Of a DNA stretch of 64,000 nucleotides, positions 27,401 to 38,046 are shown piece by piece. This stretch comes from Fidelibacterota bacterium (GTDB taxonomy: Bacteria; Fidelibacterota; UBA2242). The position numbers were made by a program, and so were the translations under genes. The stretch spans positions 590-64,589 of the forward strand of contig DSAS01000047.1 of the NCBI GenBank assembly GCA_011046365.1, given 5' to 3'. How positions within the stretch are numbered: position 1 is the stretch's first letter; the number at the start of each line of letters is the position of its first letter. The notes beneath the pieces are model-generated. The model was not told the origin of the DNA. It did no database searches and was given only the letters and a program-made list of their open reading frames with translations.

Positions 27401-28240
27401 CTATGATATCACGGGAAGAGAGATATAGCTGGTGAAATGATCAAACAGACGCCGAGCACTTTCTGCAGCACATCTGGTATGAAATATTCCAAACACAGTC
27501 GAACCACTTCCCGACAAACCGGCATACAGAGCACCTGCTTCGAGGAGACGGGCTTTGAGATTGCCGATTTCTGGATATGCTGGAAAAACAACAGATTCAA
27601 ATTGGTTTTCAAACAGCTCCCAGTGAATCTTACCGGATTCAAACAGGTGGCGAAATTTATCGCCATATTTTCTTTTTGTCAAGTCGAATTGTCGATATGC
27701 CCAGGGAGTTGATATTTGCACCTGAGGGCAAATAAGCAAGAGTACAAACCTTTCCGGCAGCTCTAGGGGTGTCAAAATATCGCCAATGCCTGCTGCCATC
27801 TGGGTTCCGCCGCGCAGGTAAAAGGCGACATCGGCGCCGATCTGCCGGGCAATTTTGATTAGATCGGATTCCGGGAGATGAAGATTCCAGTGCGAGTTTA
27901 AAAATTTTAATACGGTGGCGGCATTGGAGCTGCCACCGCCCAGTCCCGCCTCTACCGGGATATTTTTGATCAATTGAATATGCCAATCCGGAGCTCCCGG
28001 CGCCAGCGCTTTTAATTTATGATAAGCGATACTGCATAAATTCTTCGCATCCCGGGGAATTGTCTCAAGGTTGCAGTGCAGCGCATAGTTGGTAGCCTTT
28101 GTAAAGGTGATTATATCGTGCAAGTCAATCTCCTGAAACAGGGAACTGAGGGTATGGTAACCGCTCGGCAGCCGCCCGGTGATTCGCAGGCAGAGATTGA
28201 CTTTGGCATTGGATTGAACTGTATATTTCTGATCATCCAT
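27401..28240 (-). CDS. ispE: 4-diphosphocytidyl-2-C-methyl-D-erythritol kinase
   Basis: GHMP kinase motifs KVNLCLRI and PVEAGLGGGSSNAA. Confidence 0.9.
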   Translation of the reverse strand: MDDQKYTVQSNAKVNLCLRITGRLPSGYHTLSSLFQEIDLHDIITFTKATNYALHCNLETIPRDAKNLCSIAYHKLKALAPGAPDWHIQLIKNIPVEAGLGGGSSNAATVLKFLNSHWNLHLPESDLIKIARQIGADVAFYLRGGTQMAAGIGDILTPLELPERFVLLLICPQVQISTPWAYRQFDLTKRKYGDKFRHLFESGKIHWELFENQFESVVFPAYPEIGNLKARLLEAGALYAGLSGSGSTVFGIFHTRCAAESARRLFDHFTSYISLPVIS

Positions 28241-28844
28241 AGTGTTTACGCAGTTTGGGGAGAATCCATTTCCAGCCAGTGATGATAATAACCAGCAGGA
28301 TTATTACGAGATTTACTGCAGAGGAGTATTGGGAGAGGGTTTTTTTAATCATCTCCCAGTTTTCTCCGAGAAGCATTCCGGAACAGAAAATAATGCTGTT
28401 CCAGATCAGGGTCCCTAAAAGTGTTAATATTGTGGCTTTGATGATAGAAATATTCATGAAACCAGCGGTTGCGGATAAAAACAGCCGGCTGCCGGGAATG
28501 ACCCGACCGACCACCAAAGCCCAGTTTTCATGTCTTTGAAACAGCCCCCGGTATTTCCGAATCTTTTCAGGGTGAATCCGAAAGGGCAGTTTTTGATAAA
28601 TATTCTGATGCCAGGAGCGGCTGAGCAGGAATACAAACAGGAAGCCTGTAAGAGAGCCGGTTACGGTAATCAGGAATGACGGCAGCGGATAGAGCGCCTC
28701 CCGCCCGCTCAGGTAAGCCGAGAATATTAAGACGGCATCGCCGGGGACAAAGGGGACCGTGTTTTCCAAAAAGATTAAGACGAAAAGAATCGTGTAGATA
28801 TAAAAGGCGTTGTGGACGAGCAGACTCTCAATATAGCTTTCCAT
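28233..28844 (-). CDS. DedA/SNARE-associated family membrane protein
   Basis: 203 aa with the DedA signature region (FLENTVPFVPGDAVLIFSAYL...). Overlaps ispE by 8 nt. Confidence 0.75.
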   Translation of the reverse strand: MESYIESLLVHNAFYIYTILFVLIFLENTVPFVPGDAVLIFSAYLSGREALYPLPSFLITVTGSLTGFLFVFLLSRSWHQNIYQKLPFRIHPEKIRKYRGLFQRHENWALVVGRVIPGSRLFLSATAGFMNISIIKATILTLLGTLIWNSIIFCSGMLLGENWEMIKKTLSQYSSAVNLVIILLVIIITGWKWILPKLRKHYG

Positions 28845-29329
28845 TAAAACCCTATCAGCGCTGTGGCAAATACGGCGACGCCCTCTTCCCGCCCGGGGAA
28901 TCCCATTTTTTCCGTGGTTGTTGCTTTGATTGAAATGGACTCACTATGAATTTTTAGAATGGGCGCCAGGACCTGCTGCATCCGGGAAACATATTGAGCT
29001 ATCCGGGGTTTTTCGGCAATTACGGTGACGTCAATATTCCCTATGAAATAGTGCCTTTCCGCCAGCATTTCCACGACTCGTTCCAGTAAAATGGTGCTGG
29101 CAATATTGGCGTATCGGGAATCGGTATCGGGGAAATGAGTGCCGATATCCCCCAGTCCCGCGGCGCCCAGCAAGGCATCCATGACGGCGTGAATGACAAC
29201 GTCGGCGTCGGAATGTCCAGAAAGTCCTTTTTCAAAAGGAATGGTCACCCCGCCCAGGATCAAAGGGCGTCCACTGCTGAAGGCGTGAATATCTATTCCG
29301 TGACCGATGCGCAGGTTGAATCGTTTCAT
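28844..29329 (-). CDS. ispF: 2-C-methyl-D-erythritol 2,4-cyclodiphosphate synthase
   Basis: GIDIHAF...GHSDADVVIHAVMDALLGAAGLGDIGTHFP. Confidence 0.9.
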   Translation of the reverse strand: MKRFNLRIGHGIDIHAFSSGRPLILGGVTIPFEKGLSGHSDADVVIHAVMDALLGAAGLGDIGTHFPDTDSRYANIASTILLERVVEMLAERHYFIGNIDVTVIAEKPRIAQYVSRMQQVLAPILKIHSESISIKATTTEKMGFPGREEGVAVFATALIGF

Positions 29330-30018
29330 GGTAAATCCTTATTTAATAGTGTCTGAGCCAACAGCAGGTCTTCAGGACCGGTGATCTTGATGTTCCAGGG
29401 GGAGCTCTCCACAATGGCGATCTTTCCGCCTATTGCCTCGACGAAGTAGGCGTCATCGGTGGCAATTAATTGCTTTTCGGCGGCATTGCGGTAGGCTGAA
29501 ATAATAACCGTTTTCCGGAAAGTCTGCGGTGTCTGAGCCTGCCAGATTTGGTTCCGGTCAAGCGTCCGCACAATGGATTTAGCGGCAACCTCCTTCAGGG
29601 TATTGGTGGACCGCGCCGCTAAAACAGCGCCGTCGTACACAGCGCATAGTTCGATGCTCCGCTGAATCAGAGCCGGTTGCACCAGCGGTCGGACGCCGTC
29701 GTGAATGCAGACCAGCTCAGCCCGGTTGTCAACGGCATTCAACCCGTTCTGAACCGATTCCTGACGGATGGCTCCACCGGCAACGAATTTAATTGGAACG
29801 GCTGAGGATTCAGGCAGCGCGTCCTCCAGCTGCTGGCTGTTCAGGTATTCCGGCGGGATGATAACGATGATTTCAGTAATGCTGGATAGCGACAGAAATT
29901 TCTGCACCGAATGAAACAGTACCGGACGGTTATCCAGGAGCAGAAATTGCTTGGGCAGAGTTGACTTCATCCGGGTTCCGCGCCCGGCTGCAACGATTAA
30001 AGCGCTGACCTTTTTCAC
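29326..30018 (-). CDS. ispD: 2-C-methyl-D-erythritol 4-phosphate cytidylyltransferase
   Basis: LIVAAGRGTRMKSTLPKQFL motif. The 4-nt overlap with ispF is typical of ispDF coupling. Confidence 0.9.
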   Translation of the reverse strand: MKKVSALIVAAGRGTRMKSTLPKQFLLLDNRPVLFHSVQKFLSLSSITEIIVIIPPEYLNSQQLEDALPESSAVPIKFVAGGAIRQESVQNGLNAVDNRAELVCIHDGVRPLVQPALIQRSIELCAVYDGAVLAARSTNTLKEVAAKSIVRTLDRNQIWQAQTPQTFRKTVIISAYRNAAEKQLIATDDAYFVEAIGGKIAIVESSPWNIKITGPEDLLLAQTLLNKDLP

Positions 30019-30026
30019 GGTGTAAT

Positions 30027-31061
30027 TTAAAGGATTATCATGGCGTCGCCATAGCTGAAAAAGCGATATTTCTTCTTGATAGCCTCTTTATAGGCTCTTA
30101 AAATCAAATCAAGATTGGCAAAAGCCGCCACCTGCATAATCAATGTTGATTTGGGCTGGTGAAAATTGGTGATCAGAATGTCAACCATTTTAAAATCGTA
30201 GGGCGGATGGATAAATTTGTCAGTCCAGCCCTTGCGGGGACTCACCTGAAAGCCGGATACGGTCACGGTTTCGAGTGCACGCACCACCGATGTACCGACG
30301 GCAATCACCCGCTTTCCCTTTGCTTTGGCTTCGTTAATGGCGATGGCGGTTTCGGCGGAGACTTCGTAATATTCTGAATCCATGCGGTGGCGGGATAAAT
30401 CCTCCACCGTCACCGGGCGAAAAGTGCCCAAGCCGATATGCAATACCACCGGACGGATTTTAATACTCTTCTCTTTGATCTTGTCAATCAACTCCTTGGT
30501 GAAGTGCAAGCCGGCGGTGGGGGCGGCGACGGCACCGCGGCGCTTGGCGTAAACGGTCTGATATTTAATCTTATCAATCGGAGTCGGTTCGCGATCAATA
30601 TAGGGCGGCAGAGGCGACTGTCCTATTTTATCAATCAGGGCGTAGAGGTCCTGCTGGGAAATATCATTGAACCGCACGACCCGACCGCCGGAAACGGTGT
30701 TATCAATTACGTCACACTGGACTCCCTCAGCAACCGTCAATTTATTGCCAATGCGCACTTTGCGGGCTGGTTTCACCATGACTTCCCAGAGATTGTTCTC
30801 CAGTTCGCGGAGTAAGAAGACCTCGACCTTAGCTTCCGTGCGGTCTTTGATCGCCCAGAGCCGGGCTGGATAAACCATGGTTTCGTTGACAACGAGCAAG
30901 TCGCCGGGGTTGAGAAATTCCGGTAAATCGTAGAAATGTTTATGCTGAATGCTCTCATCTTTGCGATTGATGACCATCAACCGGGAGTGATCCCGTTTTT
31001 CGATGGGAAATTTGGCGATCAGCTCTTCCGATAATTCGTAATCGAAATCCGACAGTCTCAT
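30027..31061 (-). CDS. queA: S-adenosylmethionine:tRNA ribosyltransferase-isomerase
   Basis: MRLSDFDYELSEELIAKFPIEKRDHSRLMV... and GTSVVRALE motifs. Confidence 0.9.
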   Translation of the reverse strand: MRLSDFDYELSEELIAKFPIEKRDHSRLMVINRKDESIQHKHFYDLPEFLNPGDLLVVNETMVYPARLWAIKDRTEAKVEVFLLRELENNLWEVMVKPARKVRIGNKLTVAEGVQCDVIDNTVSGGRVVRFNDISQQDLYALIDKIGQSPLPPYIDREPTPIDKIKYQTVYAKRRGAVAAPTAGLHFTKELIDKIKEKSIKIRPVVLHIGLGTFRPVTVEDLSRHRMDSEYYEVSAETAIAINEAKAKGKRVIAVGTSVVRALETVTVSGFQVSPRKGWTDKFIHPPYDFKMVDILITNFHQPKSTLIMQVAAFANLDLILRAYKEAIKKKYRFFSYGDAMIIL

Positions 31062-31073
31062 GGATGTTCTCCT

Positions 31074-32093
31074 TTATTCAAATAGTGAGTGTTGTTCCTT
31101 GCTCATGGGCAGACCGAAATACTTATAGGCTTGCTGGGTAACCTGCCTGCCGCGGGTGGTTCGTTGTAAAAAGCCGTTCTGGATCAGATAGGGTTCATAG
31201 ACATCTTCAATGGTTTCGGATTCTTCTCCCACGGCAACAGCCAGGCTGTTCAAGCCCACCGGTCCGCCACTGAACTTTTGCATGATTGTCAAAAGGATAG
31301 TACGGTCCATGGCGTCCAGTCCGCGCTCATCAATATCCAGAAGTTTAAGCGATTTACGGGCGACCTCCTGATCAATGACGCCGGTGGCTTTGACCTGGGC
31401 GAAATCCCGGGCACGCCGCAGGATGCGGTTTGCGATCCGGGGTGTGCCCCGGGCGCGTTTGGCAATCTCAGCCGCACCGGCATCATTCAGTTCGATATTC
31501 AGAATTTTGGCGGTGCGTTTCAGAATATTGAAAAGGTCTTCTTCGCGGTAGTAATCCAGGCGGAGGACCACACCGAAGCGATCGCGCATGGGTGAGGTCA
31601 GGTGTCCCAAACGGGTAGTGGCACCAATCAGGGTAAAATGCTCCAGATTCAGCTGAATAGAACGGGCGCTGGGACCCTTGTCAATGACGATGTCAATATT
31701 GTAATCCTCCATGGCGGAATAGAGATATTCTTCCACCACATTGTTCAGACGGTGAATTTCATCAATGAAAAAGACATCTCCGTGTTGCAGGTTGGTCAGC
31801 ATGCCCGCCAGGTCACCGGCTCGTTCGATCACCGGTCCCGAACTGGTTTTGATGTTGACGTTTAACTCCCGGGCGACGATATTGGCGAGGGTCGTCTTGC
31901 CCAGCCCGGGTGGACCGAACAGTAAAACGTGATCGAGCGCTTCGCCCCGCTCTTTGGCGGCTTTGATATAGAGTTTCAGATTTTCGACAACTTTCGGCTG
32001 TCCGATAAATTCGGCAAACGCCGATGGTCGGACACTCTGCTCGACGTCAATATCATCCAGTAATTTTTTGGGGTCGGTGTATTCAGAACGCAA
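31074..32093 (-). CDS. ruvB: Holliday junction branch-migration helicase RuvB
   Basis: [16 protein letters not shown] Walker A, DEIHRL, sensor regions. Confidence 0.95.
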   Translation of the reverse strand: MRSEYTDPKKLLDDIDVEQSVRPSAFAEFIGQPKVVENLKLYIKAAKERGEALDHVLLFGPPGLGKTTLANIVARELNVNIKTSSGPVIERAGDLAGMLTNLQHGDVFFIDEIHRLNNVVEEYLYSAMEDYNIDIVIDKGPSARSIQLNLEHFTLIGATTRLGHLTSPMRDRFGVVLRLDYYREEDLFNILKRTAKILNIELNDAGAAEIAKRARGTPRIANRILRRARDFAQVKATGVIDQEVARKSLKLLDIDERGLDAMDRTILLTIMQKFSGGPVGLNSLAVAVGEESETIEDVYEPYLIQNGFLQRTTRGRQVTQQAYKYFGLPMSKEQHSLFE

Positions 32094-32338
32094 TGGCTTT
32101 CACGGGATTAAGATGATAACACGATGCCGGTATAAATCAGGACAGTCTTTAAATAAAACAATATGTCCAGATACCAACCGGGTAGAAATTTCAGAATTTT
32201 TCATTAATGATTTAATTATCATAAAACCAAGGCGAAATTTATTAAAAAATACGTCCTAAATCAATGAAAATCAGGGACATCTTCTGAAATTCATTAAAGC
32301 CGCTGCCGGAAATCAGCGGATATATCCGACCTAAGGGT

Positions 32339-33589
32339 CTATAAATAGATTAGTTGTTCCCGTTCTTTGCCGACGGAAATATATTCCAGCCGGACCTCTA
32401 AAAGTTCTTCGATTTTTCGAACGTATCGTTGCGCTTCAATGGATAAATCGGCGAAGGTGCGGGCGGTAGAGGTGGACCGGCGCCAGCCTTTCAGGCGGAT
32501 ATAGCAGGGCTCGGCTGAATCCAGAACAATGTCGGGGAAATCCCCGTTCCGGTAATGGGTGCAGATTCGGATGGTTTCCAGCTGATCGAGGACATCCAGT
32601 TTGGTGATTGCAAAGGATGTCAGTCCGTTGATACGGGCGGCGTATCTGCCGAGGGCTGCGTCGAACCAGCCGCAGCGGCGCTTGCGTCTGGTGGTGGCTC
32701 CAAACTCGCCGCCGGTTTGCTGAAGATAATCGCCGGTAGCTTCAAATAGTTCGGTTGGGAATGGTCCTGCCCCGACCCGGGTGGTATAACTTTTATAGAC
32801 ACCGATGATCTGATCAATACTGGTCGGTCCGATCCCCAGTCCGGTGGCGATGTGTCCGGCGGTTGTGTTGGACGAAGTGACAAAGGGGTAGGAGCCGAAA
32901 TCTATATCCAGAAGGGTTCCCTGAGCTCCCTCGACTAAAATTGTTTTATTAGCCCGAATGTAGTCATACATCAGCCGCGATGTGTCGGCAGCGCGGTTAG
33001 TGACTTCAGGAATGCAGGCGTAAAACTGATTGATATCGGGCTCCATGGCACGAATTTCTTCCTGGCTTAGAAGCCCCTTGCGGAGGTACTCATCTATTTT
33101 TTGACTGAGAATCTTTTTTAGCCGGGGCAGGTCTTTAAGGTTGCGAACCTGAATGCCGCAGCGGTTGATTTTATCGGCGTAGCAGGGACCGATACCCCGT
33201 TTGGTGGTACCGATAGCCATGTTTCCCAAAGAAGATTCCGCTTTTGAATCCAGGAGTTTATGCAGCGGTGTGACCACATGAGCCTGCAGAGAGATGTGAA
33301 TGCGTTTTGCGACGTTGACACCCTCCTCGCGGAGAGACCGGATTTCCGCTACCATGCCGACCGGATCAATGACCATCCCATTTCCCAGAATGCAGTGAGC
33401 TTTTGTGCGCAGGATTCCGCTGGGCAGCTGGTGCAGGATGGTCTCCCGGTTTTTTACGAGAATTGTGTGACCGGCATTTGCGCCCCCCTGAAACCGGGCA
33501 ACCACATCGGCGGATTCGCTGAGATTATCAACGATCTTTCCTTTTCCTTCATCACCCCACTGGGCGCCCAAAACAGCCGTGACGGGCAT
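32339..33589 (-). CDS. purA: Adenylosuccinate synthetase
   Basis: AQWGDEGKGKIVD P-loop, GGANAGHT. Start is taken at MPVTAVLG (cat at 33587-33589) with a ggagg SD. The track ORF extends to 33715 and would overlap secF. Confidence 0.9.
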   Translation of the reverse strand: MPVTAVLGAQWGDEGKGKIVDNLSESADVVARFQGGANAGHTILVKNRETILHQLPSGILRTKAHCILGNGMVIDPVGMVAEIRSLREEGVNVAKRIHISLQAHVVTPLHKLLDSKAESSLGNMAIGTTKRGIGPCYADKINRCGIQVRNLKDLPRLKKILSQKIDEYLRKGLLSQEEIRAMEPDINQFYACIPEVTNRAADTSRLMYDYIRANKTILVEGAQGTLLDIDFGSYPFVTSSNTTAGHIATGLGIGPTSIDQIIGVYKSYTTRVGAGPFPTELFEATGDYLQQTGGEFGATTRRKRRCGWFDAALGRYAARINGLTSFAITKLDVLDQLETIRICTHYRNGDFPDIVLDSAEPCYIRLKGWRRSTSTARTFADLSIEAQRYVRKIEELLEVRLEYISVGKEREQLIYL

Positions 33590-33659
33590 GCGATTCCTCC
33601 AAAATGTAAAATGCCCCTGTTGAAAAGGAGCATTTTTTATTCGGTTTTGAAAACAACAG

Positions 33660-34553
33660 TTATTTCTTTTTTGCAGCGAATTTATGCTGCCATGCAATGA
33701 CCACCGGACCGGCAACGTAAATCGAGGAGTAGGTTCCGATGATGACCCCGATCATCATCGCAATTGCGAAGATTCGCACCTCGCCGGTGGCAAACACCAA
33801 AACAAAGACCACAAAAAAGGTTGTCAGCGAGGTAATAATGGTTCGGCTCAGCGTCTCATTGATACTTTTATTGATGATCGGTTCAATCGGTTCGAAGCGC
33901 ATGATTTTCAGGTTTTCCCGGACCCGGTCATACAACACAATCGTATCGTTGAGGGAGTATCCGACAATTGTTAAAAAGGCGGCAATAGTTGACAGCGATA
34001 TTTCCAGCTGCGCCAGTGAAAAGATGCCCAATGTAAACAACACATCGTGGATCAGGGCGATAACGGCACCGATGGCAAAGCGGAACTGGAAGCGGATTGA
34101 GATATAGACACCGATCACCAGCAGAGCAAAGATGACCGCATATACTGTATTCCGACGTAGCTCCTGTCCGATTTTGGGTCCCACCTTTTCCGTGCGGCGG
34201 ATTTCGAAGCTATTGTCATCCATGGTGGAGAGCGCCTGAGATATCAGACCCGGTACGTCCTCATTATCACTATCCTGGGCGACGCGGATCATAAATTCGT
34301 TTGTCGCCGTGGATTTCTGAATGATACTGTTCTGGAGGTTAACCGATGCCAGGGCGTCGCGGATCTCACCGGTAGTGATTGCTTTTTCAAACTGAACCTG
34401 CACCAGGGTTCCGCCGGTAAAATCAATACCCAGATTAAAACCGCGGATAAAAAAGATTGAAACGATACTGATCAGCAGAAATACGGCGGAAATAGAAATG
34501 GCACTTTTACTGAATTTGATGAATTGAAAGTTGGTTTCTTTAAAAAATCTCAT
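33660..34553 (-). CDS. secF: Protein-export membrane protein SecF
   Basis: GIDFTGGTLVQVQF motif, 6 TM segments, immediately downstream of secD. Confidence 0.9.
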   Translation of the reverse strand: MRFFKETNFQFIKFSKSAISISAVFLLISIVSIFFIRGFNLGIDFTGGTLVQVQFEKAITTGEIRDALASVNLQNSIIQKSTATNEFMIRVAQDSDNEDVPGLISQALSTMDDNSFEIRRTEKVGPKIGQELRRNTVYAVIFALLVIGVYISIRFQFRFAIGAVIALIHDVLFTLGIFSLAQLEISLSTIAAFLTIVGYSLNDTIVLYDRVRENLKIMRFEPIEPIINKSINETLSRTIITSLTTFFVVFVLVFATGEVRIFAIAMMIGVIIGTYSSIYVAGPVVIAWQHKFAAKKK

Positions 34554-34570
34554 GGTTATTTTTCCTGAGG

Positions 34571-36481
34571 TTATATGCTAAGTGTTTTCAAGATTTTCCG
34601 ATCGGTGCGGTAATTAAAAATTGTCCGGGTAACGAAAATAGCAGTGAACATACTGCAGAGAATGCCCCAGAACAGCGTTACGCCAAAGCCTTTGACCGGA
34701 CCGGTTCCGAACTGCATCAGGATCAGGGCGGTAAGCATGGTGGTGACGTTGGCATCCAGAATGGTGCGGAAGGCGCGGCTGTAACCGGCATCAATGGCTG
34801 CCCGGACAGTTTTGCCCTTTTCCAGTTCTTCCCGGATTCGTTCAAAAATCAGCACATTGGCATCCACGGCAATACCGATCGTTAAAATCAATCCGGCGAT
34901 ACCGGGCAGTGTCAAGGTTGCGCCCAGAGTTGCGAGAATTGCCATGACAAATACAAAATTCAGAACCACAGCCAGATCGGCAAGCAGACCGGCACCTTTG
35001 TAATAAAACGCCATAAAAATGATCACCAGAACAAAGCCGATAAGACCGACCTTGGCGCTGGTGTTAATGGAGTCGCGACCGAGCGATGGTCCGATGGTAC
35101 GTTCCTCTATAATATCAACCGGTGCGGGCAGAGCGCCGGCGCGGAGGACGATGGCGATATTTTTAGCATCTTCCATACTTTCCAGACCCTCGATATAGGC
35201 GGAACCGTTGGGAATCTTGACGCTTATCCGGGGCGCCATGTACACCTTTTCATCCAGCACAATCGCCAGAAATTTGCCGATATTTGAACCGGTCAGGCGT
35301 GAAAATATCTTGGCGCCCTCATTATTCATGCTGATATTGACAATAGGCTGTCCGGCGGCTTTACTCTCAGCACCGCCGATTGTCGCGGTGGCTTTGGTGA
35401 TATATTTCCCCTGGATACCGGCTTCCCGTTCCAGGTGATAGAGCATGTAGTAATTTTCGGTTTTTCCAGCGGCAGTAGTGAGCCGCTCAGGTTTGGCGGA
35501 CCAGAGGAATTTCGAATCATAGGGCATCAGTTTCTGCACATCCGGATCGTTTAGGATTTTTTTAACGGTGTAGACATTTCTTTCGGGGACACCGATAGAG
35601 CCGCCGATATTGCGTAATAGTGACGTGAAAGGTTTGTCCGAGTAAAGTTCTGCATCTACAACCAGGGATGTATCTTCCTGTTCGTCTTCCAGGTCAATAT
35701 CCGCTTCGGTAATGCCCAGTAGTTCGTGAACACTGACGGCTTTGTCCTTTGATTCTTTCAGCGCGACAATAGTATCCTCATCGGCAGGTTCCTCTTCGAT
35801 AATCTCCCGGCGTCCGGTTTTCAGATAATTGTCAACGGAAGCGATAAATGACTGTGTAACCTGCGGGTCTTTCAGCAGGGTAAATTCCAGCAATGCCGTG
35901 CTCTGAATCAAACTGCGGGCGTGTTCAATGTCCTTGACGCCGGCAAGTTCGACGATAATCCTGTTTTGACCGGCGCGCTGAATCGTCGGCTCGGAAACAC
36001 CGAACTGATCAACGCGGTTGCGGATAATCTGGAGCGCCCGCTGCATGGCGTCGCGGGCTTCGTCTTCCAGGCTCTTGATAATGTCGGCATTTTTATAGCC
36101 ACGGTCGTTGAAATGGCGGACCAGTTTGAAATCTTCAGCCTCCATGTTGCGGCTGAAAACGGTAAAAAAATCTTCATCGGTCGCTTTAGATTCCTGAATG
36201 GAGCGCTCCAGCAGGGCGTCAAACTGGGGTGTTTTGTTGGATGCCAGGGTTTCGACCAGTTTGGGAATATTCAGTTCGAGGACGACATGCATCCCGCCCT
36301 GGAGGTCCAAACCAAGCCGGATAATCCGTTCTTCAAATTTTTCCAGAGAACCATCAGCACGTTTCGCCTCAACCTGTTCATCGGAAAAGGTACTGTATGC
36401 GATGGTCCAGTACAGTGAATATCCGGCTAAAAGCAGCGCCACGCCAATGATGATGAAGCGAATATTGGTCTTTTTAAACAT
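34571..36481 (-). CDS. secD: Protein-export membrane protein SecD
   Basis: 636 aa with a large periplasmic domain, LGLDLQGGMHVVLE motif and SSD-like TM bundle. Confidence 0.9.
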   Translation of the reverse strand: MFKKTNIRFIIIGVALLLAGYSLYWTIAYSTFSDEQVEAKRADGSLEKFEERIIRLGLDLQGGMHVVLELNIPKLVETLASNKTPQFDALLERSIQESKATDEDFFTVFSRNMEAEDFKLVRHFNDRGYKNADIIKSLEDEARDAMQRALQIIRNRVDQFGVSEPTIQRAGQNRIIVELAGVKDIEHARSLIQSTALLEFTLLKDPQVTQSFIASVDNYLKTGRREIIEEEPADEDTIVALKESKDKAVSVHELLGITEADIDLEDEQEDTSLVVDAELYSDKPFTSLLRNIGGSIGVPERNVYTVKKILNDPDVQKLMPYDSKFLWSAKPERLTTAAGKTENYYMLYHLEREAGIQGKYITKATATIGGAESKAAGQPIVNISMNNEGAKIFSRLTGSNIGKFLAIVLDEKVYMAPRISVKIPNGSAYIEGLESMEDAKNIAIVLRAGALPAPVDIIEERTIGPSLGRDSINTSAKVGLIGFVLVIIFMAFYYKGAGLLADLAVVLNFVFVMAILATLGATLTLPGIAGLILTIGIAVDANVLIFERIREELEKGKTVRAAIDAGYSRAFRTILDANVTTMLTALILMQFGTGPVKGFGVTLFWGILCSMFTAIFVTRTIFNYRTDRKILKTLSI

Positions 36482-36611
36482 GTAATTACACCTCTGTAGA
36501 TAGACAAATTTCCTGTTTCGAAAAAAGCGGTTGAATTTAATTGAGAGACGGACTCAATGTCAACGAAAAAGCCGGTTCCGGGAAAATGATGGTTTTATGG
36601 TGCCGACTGGC

Positions 36612-38045
36612 TTATTCAATGGAAATCAGAATCCGTGACAACTCTTCTCCATTTTTCACCACCACCAGGGGATAGACCTTTCCATCGCCATGGAGGGAAT
36701 ATTTTTTCCAGTTCAGTGAACCGATATTGATCAGGTAGTTGCGATCTTCGCCGTCATTATAGTTGCCGGGGGGAACATAGCCTTTCAAGTTGACCTTGTA
36801 GTGTTCCGGTGAGAGCTGGTCATGGAGAACGTTTAAAATCGTCATTTTATCCTTGCGTTTGACATGCAGGGTCTGACCATCCAGGAGAGCCTGTTTCCGT
36901 CCGTTAACATCAATAATATAGCTAAATAACTGCGAATTAACAGTGCTCACTTCCAGGGTTACTTCGCCGATAATACGGTTGTCTTTGCGCACAATGATGC
37001 GGGTTGGTTGATTAATAACGAGCTTCTTCTGAAAATCCTGCTCGTCTCCCACTTCCAGTATATCGCAACTGAGCCCGCGGGTATAATTGGATTCGATATG
37101 CGTTACTTTAATCTGATCGCCCTTGATTAGTTTGATGGTATTCCGGTTGTCAATAACCCGGGGAACATTATCATTGACGGAGACGAGCAGATAGATCAGC
37201 TTGGGGGGTTCATAAATGATCGCCGGATGTTCCGGTTCCACCCCGAACAGTTTCAGATATTCATTGATGACATAATTGTGATAGCGGATTTTCAGATCGA
37301 GGCTTTCGAGATTTTTTGAAGACTCGATGCCAAAAGCCGGAATGCCGAAGGTGGTGAGTGCGAAACAGGTGGCTGATTTTTTCTGTTCGGGGAATTGGGT
37401 GTTGATTTCCAGCGTGCGGGTATTCATAAAGTGGAGATGATGATTGGGATTTTCAATCCGGCGATTGACCTGTTCCAGCACGGTATTAGCCATCTGTTCC
37501 AGGAAAAGGGTATCGCGCTCTGTAATATAGATATCGGTGTCGGCGATGAGCGACTGACCGAAGCGGTGCGGATTGCGATTTTCATCTATATAGATATCGC
37601 TGTAAAAGCCCCAGCCGTCATGCAGGTTGAGGAACAGATCGGACTCCGCCATCAGGTTTTTGATAATTTCCACGATTTGGTCGTCAATATCGTCGGAGGT
37701 TCGGCTGTCAAAACGGCGGTTCATATCGCCGTTAATGCCGCGATTGTTCTTGATAATGGAATGAAAATTTGCCCGGGGAATAACGATCAGGTTGCCGCGG
37801 TCGAGGACCAGGTTCGGGTAGAGATCGGCGGAGAGAAATCCACCGGGTTCATCGCCCTGAATGCCGCCCAGAACGAAGACGGTATTGCCGTCGAATCGCC
37901 CGTAAAGACGGTAGACATCCAACTGATTGGGAGTGTTTTCAAAATAGGTCTGGGTTTCCCGATAAGGGCGTTGCTCCCCGGCGGCTATACCGATTGTAAA
38001 GAAAAGCAATAGTGCCGTCGATAAATTTGTAATGGATAGTTTCAA
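36612..38045 (-). CDS. Secreted M14-like peptidoglycan carboxypeptidase of the Csd4/Pgp1 type (Gln-x-x-Glu zinc motif)
   Basis: Signal peptide, GGIQGDE (Q63/E66 instead of the HxxE of the AstE/AspA M14 fold), GDMNRRFD substrate-binding NR motif, and third ligand NLHDG (H142) about 79 residues later. Followed by about 300 aa of beta-rich domains, as in the three-domain Csd4 architecture. Confidence 0.55.
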   Translation of the reverse strand: MKLSITNLSTALLLFFTIGIAAGEQRPYRETQTYFENTPNQLDVYRLYGRFDGNTVFVLGGIQGDEPGGFLSADLYPNLVLDRGNLIVIPRANFHSIIKNNRGINGDMNRRFDSRTSDDIDDQIVEIIKNLMAESDLFLNLHDGWGFYSDIYIDENRNPHRFGQSLIADTDIYITERDTLFLEQMANTVLEQVNRRIENPNHHLHFMNTRTLEINTQFPEQKKSATCFALTTFGIPAFGIESSKNLESLDLKIRYHNYVINEYLKLFGVEPEHPAIIYEPPKLIYLLVSVNDNVPRVIDNRNTIKLIKGDQIKVTHIESNYTRGLSCDILEVGDEQDFQKKLVINQPTRIIVRKDNRIIGEVTLEVSTVNSQLFSYIIDVNGRKQALLDGQTLHVKRKDKMTILNVLHDQLSPEHYKVNLKGYVPPGNYNDGEDRNYLINIGSLNWKKYSLHGDGKVYPLVVVKNGEELSRILISIE

Positions 38046-38046
38046 T

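Noticed and set aside
32094-32338. AT-rich 245-nt gap between purA and ruvB as a possible ncRNA, riboswitch or mobile-element scar
   Set aside because: It contains only a weak CCGCTG/CAGCGG hairpin with no T-tract, no repeat structure and no recognisable ncRNA motif. It is most simply an intergenic promoter/terminator region.
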